A stretch of 64,000 nucleotides of DNA from Eledone cirrhosa (taxonomy: Eukaryota), in NCBI GenBank assembly GCA_964016885.1, contig OZ024752.1, positions 31,310,001-31,374,000 on the forward strand, read 5' to 3'. Of this stretch, positions 61,562-64,000 are shown piece by piece. Made by a program: the position numbers and the translations under genes. The notes beneath the pieces were generated by a model, which did not search any database, had not been told where the DNA came from, and saw only the letters and a program-made list of their open reading frames with translations. Positions within the stretch are counted from its first letter, which is position 1; each line of letters starts with the position of its first letter.

Positions 61562-61763
61562 CTTTTCATGGACAGGCTGGAGCAGTATTTTGAAGACCCA
61601 TCTTAAACATCCTAAACTTGTAACCTTCCCACCAGAATTTGAGCCGATTCCTTGTCGACCTCTCTTCTTTGACCTGGCTCTCAATCATATTTCATTTCCG
61701 TCCCTGGATGGCAAGATAGAACAGAAGAGTCTTTCTGAAATGGTGAAAGGTTGGTTCTGGTGA
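61562..61763 (+). CDS. SRP68: Terminal coding exon of signal recognition particle subunit SRP68 (frameshifted near 61604)
   Basis: Acceptor TTTTTACAG ends at 61561. LFMDRLEQYFEDPS then, in the next frame, KHPKLVTFPPEFEPIPCRPLFFDLALNHISFPSLDGKIEQK..VKGWFW*. This matches the recalled SRP68 C-terminus (FPP.F.PIPC.PLFFDLALNH..FP.L). Confidence 0.85.
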
Positions 61764-61990
61764 AGAAGAAGCAAAAAGTAAAAGTTACAAATCACACAGA
61801 TTGGAAGCAGCAACATTACTGTTTGTGACAAGAAGGAAAATACATGTCTACAGGAGAAGAAATGTCATCAAATAGAGAATATCATCCACTTGGTTAATAT
61901 GTGAGCAGAACAGTCAACTCTGGAAATCACTACAAAATCTAAAAATTGGCAAGTGAAAAAATATTCATAAAGTTAAATGCATTTTATTAA

Positions 61991-62004
61991 AATAAATCAA
62001 TAAA
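61991..62004 (+). terminator. Candidate poly(A) signals for SRP68
   Basis: Two AATAAA hexamers (61991, 61999) ~230 nt after the stop codon. The background is AT-rich, so this is weak evidence. Confidence 0.35.
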
Positions 62005-62464
62005 GACAAAAATTGTATCAAGTGATGAGAAAAATACAGTATAGAAGATCTTCAGTTAAATATTTACTTCCAAGACTTTCTATATTTTCAAAAGGGTTGT
62101 GTAAGTTTATGAACTGATGTAATAAAAAGAAAAAAAAATCTTGTTAAAATGTAAGACAGATTAAAAAATAAAAACCCAACATTTTTAATCCATTGACATT
62201 TTGTGAATTGCTAAATGTACTGGGAAACAATATAGCCTCTGGAATATTATGATGGATTTTCATTGTTGAAAATTTTGAAAATAAAGCAGTTTTAACTCAA
62301 AAGATAAAGAAAATTGTTTTTCTAAAATTCAGTTATATTTATGTCTCTTTTTAATTTTTTTATTTCTGCATCAATTCTATTGATTGCTGTTTGATATATA
62401 ATGTAAATCAATAAAAGAATATAAAAGATGATTTCATTGACATAGAAGGAACGCACGGAGATGA

Positions 62465-62530
<66 letters not shown>

Positions 62531-62809
62531 ATATGTATATATGTATGTTTGTATATGTATATAAGTAAATATATGTATATAAGTATATATATATGTATAT
62601 ATATATTTGTATATGTATATATTTGTATATGTATATATTTGTATATATGTATATATTTGTATATGTATATATTTGTATATGTATATATGTATATATTTGT
62701 ATATATATATATATATGTATATATTTGTATATATATATATATGTATATATTTGTATATATATGTATATATTTGTATATATTTGTATATATATGTATATAT
62801 TTGTATATG

Positions 62810-63875
62810 GGACCACTACTGTTTTTGGTGGCTCTCTCGGACATGCCCTCTGTGGTGCATGCAACAACATCCCTCACTAGCTATGCTGATGACACTAAGG
62901 TAGCACAGGCAATCAAAAACCCGGCTGACGCTGCCCTCTTACAGCAGGATCTGGATGCCATATACAGATGGGCGGAAGAAAACAACATGCAGTTTAATGC
63001 TGGCAAATTCCAAGCCCTACAATACAAACCTGCAAACACAAACACAAATATAGCGGAACACAGCTACACAGGACCAGGAGGGACCGATATCCCCGTGTCA
63101 AAATCGATACGAGACCTGGGCATAGACATGAGCGATGATGCATCTTTTTCTTCACACATCATGAAGGTGGCGACAGCATGTAGACGATTCGCTGGCTGGA
63201 TCTTGAGGACTTTCCTTACAAGAGATCGAGACACCATGTTGACACTGTGGAGGACTTTTGTCCTAAGCCGCCTGGACTACTGCTCCCAGCTGTGGTCACC
63301 CCATAGTGTCAAACTAACCACAGAGCTTGAGGCAATCCAGCGAAGCTACACCAAGAGGATTGCCAAGATGAGGGAGACAAGCTACTGGGAGAGGCTGAAG
63401 GAACTGAACCTCTACTCCTTGGAGCGAAGACGGGAGAGATACGCAGTGATCTACATGTGGAAAATCCTGGAGGGACTAGCACCAAACTTTGGCATTGGGA
63501 GCTGGACCAACCGTCGAACAGGACGTCACTGTGTGGTGCCAAAGGTCCCGTCTTCCACATCTAGAATAAGGAGCAGGTATTGCAATAGCCTGGGATTCAA
63601 GGGCCCTCAACTCTTCAACAGGCTGCCGAGGCATCTGCGAGACTTGCATGACGTGGAGGTGGATGTCTTTAAGAAACATCTCGACACCTTGTTATCCAGG
63701 ATCCAGGATGAGCCCACAGCAAGACACGAGGGAAACCTAAGGGCAGCAGCAACAAACTCCCTCCTACACCAGTGGCCAACCTATACAGGCTGGAGATAAA
63801 ATGTGTAGCAACAAGGGCGGTGCCCCAGCATGGCCTCAGCCGGATGGCTGAAACAGGTAAAAGAGTAAAAGAGTA
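62810..63875 (+). mobile_element. 5'-truncated CR1-group LINE (RT C-terminal half, 3' UTR, short-repeat tail) in TA microsatellite
   Basis: GPLLFL, YADD, LQQDLD..W...N.MQFN..K, RDLG, SRLDYCSQLWSP, LEAIQR..T, YWERLKELNLYSLERRR. Open to the stop at 63799. Tail (GTAAAAGA)2. Confidence 0.9.
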
Positions 63876-63893
63876 TATATGTATATATATATG

Positions 63894-63940
<47 letters not shown>

Positions 63941-63941
63941 G

Positions 63942-63998
<57 letters not shown>

Positions 63999-64000
63999 GT

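Overview
AT-rich, microsatellite-saturated eukaryotic DNA. It is probably cephalopod (octopus-like), inferred from the tRNA-derived SINE types and the (TA)n/(CA)n load. Almost all long ORFs in the track are dinucleotide-repeat artefacts. Four regions are really coding: (1) a Neptune-type Penelope-like element (PLE) with RT + GIY-YIG at 12335-14521 (-) and an overlapping basic upstream ORF that a U_UUU_UUA -1 slippery site could join to it; (2) a decayed 5'-truncated PLE of a different, Hydra-like type at ~30968-31966; (3) a 5'-truncated CR1-group LINE at ~62810-63875; (4) the terminal exon of SRP68 at 61562-61763, which carries a frameshift. The main hidden structure is a dense set of type I hammerhead ribozyme (HHR) motifs. 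Read by eye there are more than 20 copies from about 10 sequence-distinct families, including U3-A8 core variants. Many sit in asymmetric fold-back (inverted pseudo-LTR) insertions in (TA)n tracts. One fold-back carries ~6.6 near-identical copies of a 615-bp unit inserted in its internal (TA)n. Also present: MetaSINE-like and CORE-like SINEs, non-autonomous Helitrons, and hAT and Tc1/mariner MITEs. All folds and alignments were done by eye; no database searches were run.
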